Assembly: GCA_964016885.1 (NCBI GenBank)
Contig: OZ024743.1
Coordinates: forward strand, 354,826,001 to 354,890,000
Reading direction: 5' to 3'
DNA length: 64,000 nucleotides
DNA from: Eledone cirrhosa
Taxonomy: Eukaryota
The position numbers and the translations under genes were made by a program. The notes beneath the pieces were generated by a model. That model saw nothing but the letters and a program-made list of their open reading frames with translations. It had not been told where the DNA came from and did not search any database. How positions within the stretch are numbered: the first letter of the stretch is position 1; every line of letters begins with the position of its first letter. Below are positions 14,069 through 26,715 of this stretch, one piece after another.

Positions 14069-14070
<2 letters not shown>
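13341..14070 (+). mobile_element. PLE-type 3' tail with an HHR motif, joined to the truncated Tx1
   Basis: AT- and microsatellite-rich stretch ending in tttcatt-CTGATGA-atgaaag..ctttcaa-GAAA-caactgg-TA-c-atgaaa (13982-14040). Confidence 0.55.
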
Positions 14071-14123
<53 letters not shown>

Positions 14124-14150
14124 CAAATGATGGTTAAAAGAGTTTCAAGT

Positions 14151-14219
14151 ATTTTATTATGCGCATTTCAAAAACAAATATCATCATGGGATGATATTTG
14201 CGTTCTCATCAGATAAAAT
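14151..14219 (-). ncRNA. Type I hammerhead ribozyme (palindromic stem III)
   Basis: Minus strand ATTTTAT-CTGATGA-(long stem II caaatatcatc/gatgatatttg)-GAAA-TGCGCA-TA-ATAAAAT. Confidence 0.8.
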
Positions 14220-14357
14220 TGGGAAACATGATATGAAGCTTAAAAAACACTTGCGAGCAGTGAAGTGTTAAATCAACATATATATATAATATATATCGTT
14301 TCTGAATTTGTTTAGCAAGATTCTTTATCTGAAAACGTGTGTTGAAACCGATATTGT

Positions 14358-14682
14358 TATGCTTTGGGAGAGTCATGTTGCCAATAAGAAACACACGTAC
14401 CAGTTGCTTTCACTCCAATTTATTAGAAATTAAATTTATAAATTTAAGAATTTATAAATTTCCGGTTGGTTGGTTGGTTCCACAACCGGTGGTTGTTCAA
14501 GAGGTCACAGAATGTGTGACGAAAGAACTTTGACAATATATGAACAACCGTCCGGTTGTGGAACCAACCAACCAACCGGAAATTTATAAATTCTTAAATT
14601 TATAAATTTAATTTATAATAAATTGGAGTGAAAGCTTGGTGCGTGTGTTTCTCATTGGCAACATGACCCTCCCAAAGCATAT
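14358..14682. repeat. Fold-back inverted repeat (~130-bp arms)
   Basis: atgctttgggagagtcatgttgcc...ccacaaccgg versus ccggttgtgg...catgaccctcccaaagcat. The loop carries gtcac..gtgac-gaaagaactttg, similar to the HHR-like motif at 17205. Confidence 0.85.
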
Positions 14683-14947
14683 ACATATATTTATATATAT
14701 ATATATATATATATTTCTGTGCGTGAGTGCACGTGTGTATGCTTTGTTTTTGTATTTATGTGGAATCGTGTGTTAAAACTGATATTGTTATAATCTGAGA
14801 GGGTTATGCTACCTATAAAAATACACCTAGCTGTTGAGTTTTACAACAATTTTATCAGTTGTGAGCTACCTAATCCATTCACCAGTTGGCTAAATAATCA
14901 TCTCATTATTTATTCATATACAGAAAGTTATATTTATTTATATATAG

Positions 14948-15139
14948 GGCGGTGAATTGGCAGTATCGGTAGGGGGTCGGACGCCATGCTTTGACGCATA
15001 GAGTTACGGCCCTTGCCATACTGAGTTCAAATCCTGCCGAGGCTAACTTTGCCTTTCATCCTTACGGGGTCGATAAAATAAAGTACCAGTAATGCACTGG
15101 GTAATTGCTGGCCTTGTGCCTAAAGTAGAAACAATTATT
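14948..15139 (+). mobile_element. tRNA-derived SINE, full length
   Basis: ggcggtgaattggcagtatcggtag head, B-box gagttcaaatcc, core gcctttcatccttacggggtcgataaa, tail ccttgtgcctaaagtagaaacaattatt. Confidence 0.9.
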
Positions 15140-15247
15140 TATTTATATATATCGGTCAATCTATCTACCCCACGTCTTTCTTTCTTTATATGCATCTATC
15201 TACCTCTTTGTCATCTCTCTCACACTTCATATTTGTTGCTTTTTGTC

Positions 15248-15304
<57 letters not shown>

Positions 15305-15519
15305 GTGTATGTGTGTGTGTGTGTGTTTGTGTGCATATACAATCCAGTGTAATACGTATGTATATATGTGTGTGCGTGTGTAGACATGGTTTAGATAGGG
15401 GACATTGCGAGATTATTGACAGATATAAGGGACATATTATTAACTGAACATAAAACTCTGAAATGTATTGTTCCATTGGTCTTTTTACTGTTTGTTGTTG
15501 GTGTTATTGTTGATAAAGG

Positions 15520-15712
15520 GGCGGTGGATTGGTAGTATCGGTAGAGGGTCGGACGCCATGCTTTCTAGCATAGAGTTACGGCCCTTTACGATCTGAGCTC
15601 AAATCCCGCCGAGGTTAACTTTGCCTTTCATCCTTACGGTGTTGATAAAATAAAGTACCAGTAATGTACTGGGGTAATTGCTGGCCTTGTGCCAAACGTA
15701 GAAACAATTATT
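15520..15712 (+). mobile_element. tRNA-derived SINE, full length
   Basis: Same family as 14948-15139. Confidence 0.9.
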
Positions 15713-15898
15713 TTGGCAGTGTCGGTAGAGAGTCAGATACCATGCTTTGCAGCATAAAGTTACGGCCCTTTACGTTCTGAGTTCAAATCCCGCCGAGGTT
15801 AACTTTGCCTGCCATCCTTACTGGGTTCGATAAAATAAAGTACCAGTAATACACTGGGGTATGTTGCTGGCCTTGTGGCAAAAGTAGAAACAGTTATT
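15713..15898 (+). mobile_element. tRNA-derived SINE in tandem with the previous copy
   Basis: Starts in the ttatt tail of the preceding copy and has the same core and tail. Confidence 0.9.
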
Positions 15899-16059
15899 GT
15901 GGATAATGTTGTTGTTGTATTTTCATTTGTTATCTCTCACTCTCTCTCTCTTTCTCTTTTTCGAGGTTGTTGTTGTTGTTGTTTTGTTTGTCTTTTTCAA
16001 AATCCTGAAACAACTGCTTAGTATTAAAATCTATAAATAAGACCCGGAAAGTTGGGAGA

Positions 16060-16060
<1 letters not shown>

Positions 16061-16095
<35 letters not shown>

Positions 16096-16160
16096 CAGCA
16101 ACAGGAGCAGCAGCACTAGCGGCAGCAACAGCAGTAGTAGTATTAGTATTTGTAGTATTC

Positions 16161-16224
<64 letters not shown>

Positions 16225-16272
16225 CAGCAGCAGCAGTAGTAGTAGTAGTAGTAGCAGCAGCAGCAACAGCAT

Positions 16273-16331
<59 letters not shown>

Positions 16332-16371
16332 ATAGCAGCAGCAGTAGCAGCAGCAGTAGCAGCAGTATTAA

Positions 16372-16410
<39 letters not shown>

Positions 16411-16456
16411 AAGTAGTAGCAGCAGCAGTAGCAGCAGTATTACTAGTAGTAGTAGT
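16061..16456. repeat. Compound (AGT)n/(AGC)n microsatellite
   Basis: Seen directly in the sequence. Confidence 0.97.
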
Positions 16457-16825
16457 TCAGAAGAGAAAGGCGAGGCGGGGAGAAGTTAAATGAAAACCAA
16501 GAATAGCAACAAAAACCACACGAATTTTAGCAAAGGGAGACAAAGAAGAAATCTATAATGGAATTGTATCAACTAATGCGACATTTGTGTGTATACATAT
16601 GTCTATATTATACGTTTAAATTTGGTGGTTTAAGACTGGGGAGAATTGGGCATTCTGTAATGTTAACCATGGCGTAAACATTCAATTTTAATTTTCAATT
16701 CCTAAAATTAACCCTAATTTTAACTTTTAAATAATTTAAACCTGTAATTTCTTTCAAGTTCTGGATGTTTCTCTACTTGATGTACCTAAATTCGCCCCGT
16801 CTGTTGTATACTTTTCCTATATAGA

Positions 16826-16920
16826 TAATTGTTTCTACTTTTGGCACAAGGCCAGCAATCACCCAGTACATTACTGGTACTTTATTTTATCGACCCCGTA
16901 AGGATGAAAGGCAAAGTTGA
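16826..16920 (-). mobile_element. SINE 3' half
   Basis: Reverse complement of the SINE core and tail. Confidence 0.85.
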
Positions 16921-17195
16921 TCAACCATACCCAAACACACAATACTGACCTAAGTGAAATATAAATGAATAAATTAATATATACACAACTACAATAACAA
17001 CAAACACACATAAACACACACTAGTGAACAAAGATAGAATACGAAAACACATAGACTCAAACACTAACACACACACCAAATATAAAAGAAAGGCAAACGC
17101 ATGCGCAAACAGAGACAGAGACAAGAATAAATAAATAAATGAATAAAAGAAAATAAAAATGGCTTAGACATTACATTACAACGGGAGGTAACATA

Positions 17196-17249
17196 ATAGT
17201 ACCACTGATGATGTCACAGAGGTGCGACGAAAGAACTTTGATAGACTAT
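17196..17249 (+). ncRNA. Degenerate hammerhead-like motif
   Basis: atagt..CTGATGA-tgtcac-agag-gtgcgac-GAAA..actat; stem III is poorly formed. Confidence 0.4.
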
Positions 17250-17417
17250 ATGTATATATATATATCTGTATTTTTGGCAATCATTGATAAACATTGATTG
17301 CCAGATAAATTAACTATGGAGATATACATACATACCATACATACATACGTACATACATATGGACGTTCAGACTTCAAAATCAACATCAATCTGTCTAGCC
17401 ACATATATTACATCAAT

Positions 17418-17491
<74 letters not shown>

Positions 17492-17795
17492 ACTATATAT
17501 ACATATATATTAGTTTCAACCTTTCTGAATTTATCGTTCTTGTGGTATGTGTATGGCGATAATGTATTAACTTCTCGCTCCATTGAGTGCTTTGTGATTG
17601 CCTCAAGTAACTGGAATAGTACCTGGTATGTGGAAGCTACTACTTCGGTGTATACCTTATATATATATCCCGGGTTCAATCGGAGTAAATAAGGTACTCA
17701 AAACATAGTAGAGTATATACAATGTTTAATATAGAAATGGCTTCTACAAGACTAAAAGACATTTTTAATCCTGTATAAACCATTTTTATATTAAA

Positions 17796-17887
<92 letters not shown>

Positions 17888-17990
17888 TTATTAAAATAAC
17901 AGATTAAAGTTTAAGCAAAGAATCGCTGTTTTCACCCTTAACGGGATCTTCTGAAACTCTTTGGATTTTAGTCTTCAAATTTATTATTAT

Positions 17991-18045
<55 letters not shown>

Positions 18046-18076
18046 AAAGAATAGAGGTGTAACACACGAGTTATGA

Positions 18077-18376
18077 TATATTGGTAAAAGGAAAAGAAAA
18101 TGCTGACAAATTGTTCTCAGTGAAAAATAGTTTAATTAGGAATAAGTAAAAATTAGTAATAGTATTGGTTAGTATTCAGTTTTGGTTTTAAGTTTTTGCC
18201 GGTTGCGCATTTCTAATGCTTTTCAAAAATAATCTTGAGATAGAGCGCCCGTGATGTTTGCTCTAAACCAAAACTGAATACTAACCAATACTATTACTAA
18301 TTTTTACTTATTCCTAATTAAACTATTTTTCACTGGGAACAATTTGTCAGCATTTTCTTTTCCTTTTACCAATATA
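18077..18376. repeat. Fold-back inverted repeat (~110-bp arms)
   Basis: atattggtaaaaggaaaagaaaatgctgac...cagttttggttt versus aaaccaaaactg...gtcagcattttcttttccttttaccaatat. Confidence 0.9.
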
Positions 18377-18571
18377 TATATATATATATTCATTTAATAT
18401 TCTACCATACTATTTCATTATAATATCATAATTTTAAAGGATTGTAAATAAAACGAGTAAATCAGACAAAGTTGGAATTCCTTTTATTAATATAATCTTC
18501 TATACACAATCATACACACCCGTGAATATGTATATCTATTGTAAACCTATGTTTTAAACACTTGGAGTAAT

Positions 18572-18906
<335 letters not shown>

Positions 18907-20850
18907 TTACCCTCAATTTATTGAATGGGTTGTATTACCCGTATAGAAAGCCGAATGATACGCTTAATTACATAAGTAAGCATTCCAACCATCCTGCCAG
19001 CATAACCAAGAACCTGGTAAGAAACGTTTCGTTGAGGTTTCCCGTCTTTCCACCAAAGAGCGCATTTTCAACGACCATTCCACTTATTACAATGAAGCTC
19101 TTGCTCGAAGTGGATTTGTCGATAAGGTAGCATATATAGAGTACGAAAATAGACCTAGAAGAAATAGATCCCGTCGCATTTGTTGGTTTAACCCACCATA
19201 TAATATGGAGGTGGCCACACATTTAGCTAAGATCTTCCTTTCCCTTATTACGAAGCATTTTCCCCCTACATATAAATATAGTAAAATTTTTAATAGAAAT
19301 ACTATTAAAATTTCTTACTCTACGACTCCTAACCTTGCACATAACATCACAGCTTCAAATTTAGCTAAACTACCTAGCCGTAGGAACACGTGCAACCCTG
19401 TAGTTAGTACTAACTGTAATTGTAGGAATCGGGCTGATTGCCCCCTATCCGGGAAATGCCTCTCTAGTAACATTGTCTACAAATGTAAGGTTGTAACACC
19501 CACGTCCCGTAGGGCCTACATAGGGTTAACCGCCAATAGTTTCAAGCAGCGTCTTTACATGCATACCCATTCTTTTCGTTACCCTCTAAGAAGGAATATG
19601 ACGTCACTTTCAGCTTATATCTGGAGTCTAAAAGACAACCACACCCAATATAAGTTACACTGGGAGATCCTAGCTAGGGATAGATCGTATAACCGAAATA
19701 AAAGACCATGTGACCTCTGCGCCGCTGAGGCCCTGGAAATACTCTACGCCACAGACCACGTCTTAAACAAAAAATCTGAGGCAATTTCGGCTTGTAAACA
19801 TAAATTGCACAAAACCTTCCTGTATTACAGCCCAACGTTATACCCTAACGGATAGTACGATCTATACGTGGATATTTTATGTCTTGATGTGGGAGCTAAG
19901 TATATGTTTTGTTTATTCCTTTACTTATTTGCATAGGTAAGTATATATTACCCGTATGTTTTGTGAAGGTATGTATACCTTCTCGTACGTATATTTGATT
20001 GTTATGGCGTCTAATTTTTATATATTCTGGTATTTAGGGTTTGGCTATGTGTATACGGGAGTTTTGCGTCTGCGTGAGTATACAGGTTCGTACGTATGGT
20101 GGGTGTGTGTATATGTGTACTTCTTGTTTTAGTTCACTTACGTCTCCGAACATTCGTGTATTTATATGTGGGTATGTGTGTGCGCTTGTTATATACGTAT
20201 TTATTTACTTATATACGTTTATATAATTATTTATTTATTTGTACACAAGCATACACACACACACACATATTTATATGTGCGTGGTTTTGTATACCTATGG
20301 TAAGGTTTTGCGTATGCTTGTGTATGTACGTATTTGTTTGCGTGTACGTATTTATTTATTTCTATTACTTCTGTATTGTATTTATTTACTTTGTTCTTAA
20401 CTCTGTAGCGGAGATTCATTTGGTCTCCTAGTTAGAATTTTAGTCTACGACTTCTGCTATACCATTTACGTGGTTTTGTTTTTGCGTGCTATTGTTCTCT
20501 ACGCTCCACATATGACTTATTATCTTCGTTTTTTCGTTCATTGCCAGAGAACGTCTCTATGCACCACCTAAGAGAACATTAGTCTACGACCTCTTTTATA
20601 CCATAAACGTGGTTCTGTCTTTGCGCGTAATTGTTTTTCACCGCTCTTATTAATGACGTGTTATTCGTTTTTTCCCGTTCTTTGCCAGCGAACGTTTCCA
20701 CGAACCAAAGTATCGTCTTCCTGTCTTCCTCCGGTTGCAACGTTTTTTGAAATATCCAGTTCTGCGTTTAGAGATTGACTTTGTTAGTTTCAGAAGATCC
20801 CGTTAAGGGTGAAAGCAGCGATTCTTTGCTTAAACTTTAATCTGTTATTT
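18907..20850 (+). mobile_element. 5'-truncated Penelope-like element (RT thumb + GIY-YIG + 3' pLTR)
   Basis: [29 protein letters not shown]...WFNPPY...KHFPP..KIFNRNTIKISYS...CNCRNRADCPLSGKC..NIVYKC..YIGLT..FKQR..CDLC..E. Inserted in (TA)n; one frameshift near 19040. Confidence 0.92.
19205..19855 (+). CDS. PLE linker + GIY-YIG endonuclease (partial ORF)
   Basis: 216-aa ORF with VY..YIG motif, conserved R and E, and a CCHH-like Zn motif. Confidence 0.8.
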   Translation: MEVATHLAKIFLSLITKHFPPTYKYSKIFNRNTIKISYSTTPNLAHNITASNLAKLPSRRNTCNPVVSTNCNCRNRADCPLSGKCLSSNIVYKCKVVTPTSRRAYIGLTANSFKQRLYMHTHSFRYPLRRNMTSLSAYIWSLKDNHTQYKLHWEILARDRSYNRNKRPCDLCAAEALEILYATDHVLNKKSEAISACKHKLHKTFLYYSPTLYPNG

Positions 20851-20943
20851 AATAAATATTTGCTCTACGGTTCTTATATATTTGATATATATTTATCCTT
20901 ATCGAACCCTCTTTGGATTTTAGTCTTCAATTTTATTATTATT

Positions 20944-20994
<51 letters not shown>

Positions 20995-21000
<6 letters not shown>

Positions 21001-21300
21001 AAAGCAAGTCGGTCTCTGTGTGTGTCGGTCTGTATGTGTACAAATACTAGGCTCCTTTTAACTTTTGAAGTACTAGGCCGATTTCAACCAAATTTGGCAC
21101 ACATGTTGCTTATATGCCAGAGCAGGTTTTGGACACAAAACAAATTTGAAAAAACATCCATATTGGGGCCGAAAAATCGATTTTGTTTGTGTATCTCTCT
21201 GTGTACAAATACTCGGCTTCTTTTAACTTTTGAAGCTCTAGGCCGATTTACTTCAAGGAATTCTATTTCTATGTCCAGTGGATGGTCAACGTGGTAGTGG
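20995..21300 (+). mobile_element. Non-autonomous Helitron/Helentron-like repeat (tentative)
   Basis: tatataaaa start, gtctgt-like repeat, ccgatttcaaccaaatttggcac motif and an internal ~48-bp duplication (21036/21200). Confidence 0.35.
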
Positions 21301-21538
21301 CAGCGCCATCTTACGCAAAGGATTTAGGACATACGGTGCGTCTATTCCATCTTTATCCCCTTACTCATACCTACTACAGCAAGGCCAGACCTGAAATAAT
21401 TCATGTCAATTAAATCAAGCTACCCCATGAATTGTTTTCCGTTTATTTCACTGAATCATGTCACTGTACACACATTGTGAGTGTGCTCTGTTATTATTTC
21501 TGGCAATATTATTACAACAATATGACCCTATACAAGTA

Positions 21539-21577
<39 letters not shown>

Positions 21578-22339
21578 TATTTGAGACATTATTACAGGTG
21601 AGATCGGTCGATTGGATTGCATGGACACCAGTACTTGACTTATATCAATTCTAAAAGGAGGAAAATCAAAGTGAACTTCGGTGTGATTTGAGCTCACAAT
21701 AAGAAGTAAATATATATATTCTACGTTACGTATTTTCTTCTCTCTCTATCCCCATTTTGTAAACCGAGCTTAATTATATACTCATAGGTATAAATAGATA
21801 GATAGATAGAAAGAAATGTTAGATAGCATTTTAACATGTTTTGTATTCGAAAATCTGATAGAATTATTGCATCCATACTTACGAATCATACATACTTGTT
21901 TATTTATTTGAATAAAAATGCACATATACGTATGCAAACATACATATACAAAATGGCACCGATACACGCATACGTATAAAGTATTGAAGCTAATTATACT
22001 AAGACCTGTCATTACAAAGAATTTCCAATGTTCTTGTCAAACCTTCATTAATCAAAGCGATATATTATTTCATTGAATGCAACAGAATCCTAAACTAAGA
22101 AAACAGCAACATCGAAAATAACCAGAAGCACAAAATCACAAAACAAATAAACAAGCAAAACAAAACAAAACATGCTATCAACTAATAGATCTAAATAATT
22201 AAATAAACAATAAAAAACTCATCAACGATGACAAGAGACGACGAGAAAAACGTCGACACGAGACAATAATGCTACAAAAACAAGAGCAACAGCAACAAGC
22301 ACAAAATAATATTAATATTACTCATATATATTGTCGAAA

Positions 22340-22494
22340 GCGAGAGCTAGGGAGATAACCAGAGAGAGAGAGAGAGGGGGGGAAGAGAGGGGGAGATAGA
22401 GATAGATAGAGATATATAGAGGGGTGAGAGAGAGAGACAGAGAAAGCGACAGATACAGAGAGAGAAAGAGAGAGAGAAGCGACAGAGACAGATT

Positions 22495-22563
<69 letters not shown>

Positions 22564-22570
22564 GAGAGGG
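22340..22570. repeat. (GA)n-rich microsatellite
   Basis: Seen directly in the sequence. Confidence 0.95.
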
Positions 22571-22815
22571 GTGGAGAGGTATTAAGCGAGAGTCAGAGAC
22601 ACATAGAGAGCGCGGCAAACCCGACCAAACATTTTCAGTAACAACAATAAAGAACAAGAAATAGCAAAGAAGAATGAGAAGAAAACATTTATCCAGGAAC
22701 CTACATATATAAACACGCACAATTAAATCAGTTTGATGATGAATGCAGATGTAAGTCTCATGTTTTATTCGAGTCATTTAGTAAATATAAAGAAGATTGA
22801 AGATATCTGTATATA

Positions 22816-22892
<77 letters not shown>

Positions 22893-23058
22893 GGCGAGGG
22901 GGGATAGATATATATAAGCTAACACATCGTATATACGTAAAGTGTATATGTCAGTATATGCATATTTATAACCCGAGAAATATAAGTATCGCTATAAACC
23001 TGTCGTTGTATGTACTTGTGTTTATGAAGCAACTCTCTCTCTCTATATATATATATAC

Positions 23059-23132
<74 letters not shown>

Positions 23133-23404
23133 TTTTCGGTGCGCCCGGCCGATTAACTCACTCGATATGCAAATTAGGCTGATCAGCCGTTAATATGTAT
23201 AAGGAAAGTATATACTTTCAGACGTTCAATCATCTGGCAGGAAGGTACACGGTGCTGACGATAGTTAATAAGTTTGAAACTAGTACATCGTTCCTTTGTG
23301 AATGTTGAACAAAAGGGCAACGATGGTTGCTAAACACTGTACGGCTTAATTCGGGATGTTTGTTTACAAACACACCGAGCATTATATTAAATGTTCGGTA
23401 AATC

Positions 23405-23435
<31 letters not shown>

Positions 23436-23494
23436 GTGTGCATGTATGTATATATATACATACTACTGTACGTCTGTATACATATATGTATGTA

Positions 23495-23744
23495 TGTATA
23501 CATACTTATAATTAAGTAACAGCCGTACTAAGAATAGGAAATGAAGCTTCGTTTCATTTTTCCGTATATATATATATATACAAAATGTTGATTTAAAACT
23601 GCACTATCCACAAGTGTTTTTTAGCCTTCATATCATGTTCTCCTGTTTTATCTGATGAAAACACAAATATTATTGCATGATGATGATTGTTTTTGAAATG
23701 CGCATAATAAAATACATGGAACTTCTTTAACCATCTTTTGATCT

Positions 23745-23780
<36 letters not shown>

Positions 23781-23848
23781 GGAAAAATGAAACGAAGCTT
23801 CATTTCCCACTCTTAGTACGGCTGTTACTTAATTCTAAGTATGTATAC
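23495..23848. repeat. Inverted repeat (~75-bp arms) enclosing an HHR-bearing pLTR fragment
   Basis: tatacatacttataattaagtaacagccgtactaag...tttttccgtata versus tatacggaaaaa...cttagtacggctgttacttaattctaagtatgtata. Confidence 0.85.
23645..23713 (+). ncRNA. Type I hammerhead ribozyme, paralogue of 14151-14219
   Basis: TTTTAT-CTGATGA-aaacacaaatat...ttgttttt-GAAA-TGCGCA-TA-ATAAAA. Confidence 0.7.
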
Positions 23849-24019
23849 ATATATATAAACATACTTGCACTCACACAGAAACACAGGCGCACTCCATATA
23901 CACACACATACACACACACATACAAACACACACACTCACTCATACACACACGCGCACACACGCACGCAGACACATATACACTCACAAACACACACACACA
24001 TACACACTCACTCACTCAC

Positions 24020-24103
<84 letters not shown>

Positions 24104-24149
24104 ACACACACACACATATATATATATTGTTACCTGAATATGAACCCTT

Positions 24150-25005
24150 GATATGTGAACATAGTTCTTAGCTCTTAATCCGGCTTGTTCCGTCAGTAAC
24201 ATAGATCAACCGATCGTCTCCAACGCTGTCGGCCAGCGGCCGCTTGTTGACATCTATGTGATGTTGACCGTTTGTAGGCCGTTTTGGAAGCTCCACCGTC
24301 TAGTTATCTTTGGCCGGCCTTTTTTCCAATTGCCTTCGGGGTAAGTCCACTTCGTAGTTTTGGACGGGTGGTGTTCTGGGAGGCGCAAAATGTGACCCAC
24401 AAAACCGAACCGGCGCTCCGTGCTGATCCTCTGCAGTGTACGCTACCTTACTCTCCGCAGGATCTCTTCGTTCCTAACCCAATCGCGTCAGGTGACCTTT
24501 AGAATCTTACGCAGGCACCTTTGATGCAAGCTGTTTAGAAGCCTATCTGTATTGGCAGTGCGTTTCTACGTTCAACAGGCGTAGATAGCCGTAGGAAGTA
24601 TACTGCTGGTGCACAAGCGCAGCTTGGTGTACGTGCTAATGGCTACGTTTGAACAAATCGAGTACATTCGTTGGAATACCGCGGTCGTCTCTACAATTCT
24701 GTAGCTGATGTCCAGCTCGATGAAACCACTTTCTCTATGAAAGCTGCCAAGGTCCGTGAAGTGGTCGACCTCATCCAGCTGCTGTTGGTTAAGCTTATCT
24801 GCAGACTGGCTGGTCGGGATCGCTTCCCTCTTTCATAATTTTGCTCTTTGGGATATTGATTCGTAACCCGATCTTCTCAGCGCTTCAGCTGTAGAGCGAT
24901 TGTTACCTCCTGTAGATTTGTACTGTCCTCAACTAGCAAGGCTATGTCATCGGCAAATTCCAGGTCTTTCAGCTTTGATTTCCCTGTTCACAGGATCCCC
25001 CGACC
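24150..25005 (-). pseudogene. RTE-like LINE 3' segment
   Basis: Minus strand LKDLEFADDIA (~24941-24972) and a C-terminal FVGHILRLP....KKGRPK motif. Confidence 0.75.
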
Positions 25006-25009
25006 TGCT

Positions 25010-25645
25010 CCGTCGGCAATATTTTTCAATACGAAATAAGCTGGCAGCAGGAACAACCGGCTCAGAACCAGCAGCAGCCTATATCCCGCTACAAGCCTGT
25101 GAGGACCAAATTACCGAACAGAAAAGATGCGATCAAGACCCTGAATAACAACAAGGCCGGAAAACTCGATTAGGCCTCGGCAGAGATGCTGAAGGCTGGT
25201 AAGGACAATACTATCACAACACTGACCAGGCTGATTAACCGCTGCTGGCGGGATGGATAATTACCCCTCGGATGGCGAAAGGGAGTCATCGTCAAACTGT
25301 CGAAGAAGGGGAATCGAACAATTGTACCAACTGGCGTGGTATAATACTGCTGTCGGCCCCGAGCAAAGTTTCCAGCACAGTGTTGCTACAACAGCTACGG
25401 AAGAAGCAGGTCTTTGCTAAGAGAAAAACTAGCGGGTTTGCGAGGCAACCGCTCGTACGATAAATAGATCATTATACTGCGCAATATCATTGAGCAGTGT
25501 ATCGTGCCGCTGTAGGTCAACTTCATTGATTTGAAAAAGCATTTGACAGCATGCTGAGGGAGTCCCTGTGGAACATTACGCACTTGTATGGCATTCCACA
25601 GAGTTTTATCACCATATTCAAAAGCCTCTACACCAACTCTTCGAC
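25010..25645 (+). pseudogene. RTE-like LINE RT N-terminal segment, inverted relative to its 3' part
   Basis: AEMLKAG...LINRCW..G..P.GWRKGVIVKL.KKG..NCTNWRGIILLSAPSKV...FIDLKK.FDS..ESLW....YGIP. Confidence 0.75.
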
Positions 25646-25824
25646 ATCATCTTCTGGATCAGACACGTAAACATAGAGGCAATATATATATATATATATG
25701 TGAATATAGACATAGAATATTCGAAAATATTCTGTATGTTTATAATAAACATTTTGAAGACCTAATCGCTATAGAATAGAATACGTCACGTATTACAATT
25801 AGATTCTCGATAAAAGCAAGGGAA

Positions 25825-25867
25825 GTAATCTACGCGTTTCATTCTTGTTAGAAATCATCAGGACTAC
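25825..25867 (-). ncRNA. Minimal type I hammerhead ribozyme (unit 1)
   Basis: GTAGTC-CTGATGA-TTTCT-AACA-AGAAT-GAAA-CGCG-TA-GATTAC on the minus strand. Confidence 0.8.
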
Positions 25868-26134
25868 ATATCCAGTGCTTTTATCGAGAATGACACAGCT
25901 AGAGACTTATAGAATACTTAGCTGTGTACAGGAACTGGTTTGAAAGAGCGGTTGCCGGTCCGGCAGAAATTAGAAATTGGAATAAATGCTCTGAAATAGC
26001 GATATATATGTGAATATAGACATAGAATATTCGAAAATATTCTGTATGTTTATAATAAACATTTTGAAGACCTAATCGCTATAGAATAGAATACGTCACG
26101 TATTACAATTAGATTCTCGATAAAAGCAAGGGAA

Positions 26135-26177
26135 GTAATCTACGCGTTTCATTCTTGTTAGAAATCATCAGGACTAC
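26135..26177 (-). ncRNA. Minimal type I hammerhead ribozyme (unit 2)
   Basis: Identical to unit 1. Confidence 0.8.
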
Positions 26178-26362
26178 ATATCCAGTGCTTTTATCGAGAA
26201 TGACACAGCTAGAGACTTATAGAATACTTAGCTGTGTACAGGAACTGGTTTGAAAGAGCGGTTGCCGGTCCGGCAGAAATTAGAAATTGGAATAAATGCT
26301 CTGAAATAGCGATATATATGTGAATATAGACATAGAATATTCTCGATAAAAGCACTGGATAT

Positions 26363-26405
26363 GTAGTCCTGATGATTTCTAACAAGAATGAAACGCGTAG
26401 ATTAC
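26363..26405 (+). ncRNA. Minimal type I hammerhead ribozyme (inverted unit 1)
   Basis: gtagtc-ctgatga(26369)-tttctaacaagaat-gaaa-cgcg-ta-gattac; stem I is extended by cgataaaagca/tgcttttatcg. Confidence 0.8.
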
Positions 26406-26672
26406 TTCCCTTGCTTTTATCGAGAATCTAATTGTAATACGTGACGTATTCTATTCTATAGCGATTAGGTCTTCAAAATGTTTATTATAAACATACAGAA
26501 TATTTTCGAATATTCTATGTCTATATTCACATATATATCGCTATTTCAGAGCATTTATTCCAATTTCTAATTTCTGCCGGACCGGCAACCGCTCTTTCAA
26601 ACCAGTTCCTGTACACAGCTAAGTATTCTATAAGTCTCTAGCTGTGTCATTCTCGATAAAAGCACTGGATAT

Positions 26673-26715
26673 GTAGTCCTGATGATTTCTAACAAGAATG
26701 AAACGCGTAGATTAC
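26673..26715 (+). ncRNA. Minimal type I hammerhead ribozyme (inverted unit 2)
   Basis: Identical to 26363-26405. Confidence 0.8.

Noticed and set aside
14948-15045. tRNA gene
   Set aside because: The A/B boxes belong to a SINE head; there is no cloverleaf.
16024-16489. Poly-Ser / poly-Leu ORFs
   Set aside because: A trinucleotide microsatellite with no flanking coding evidence.
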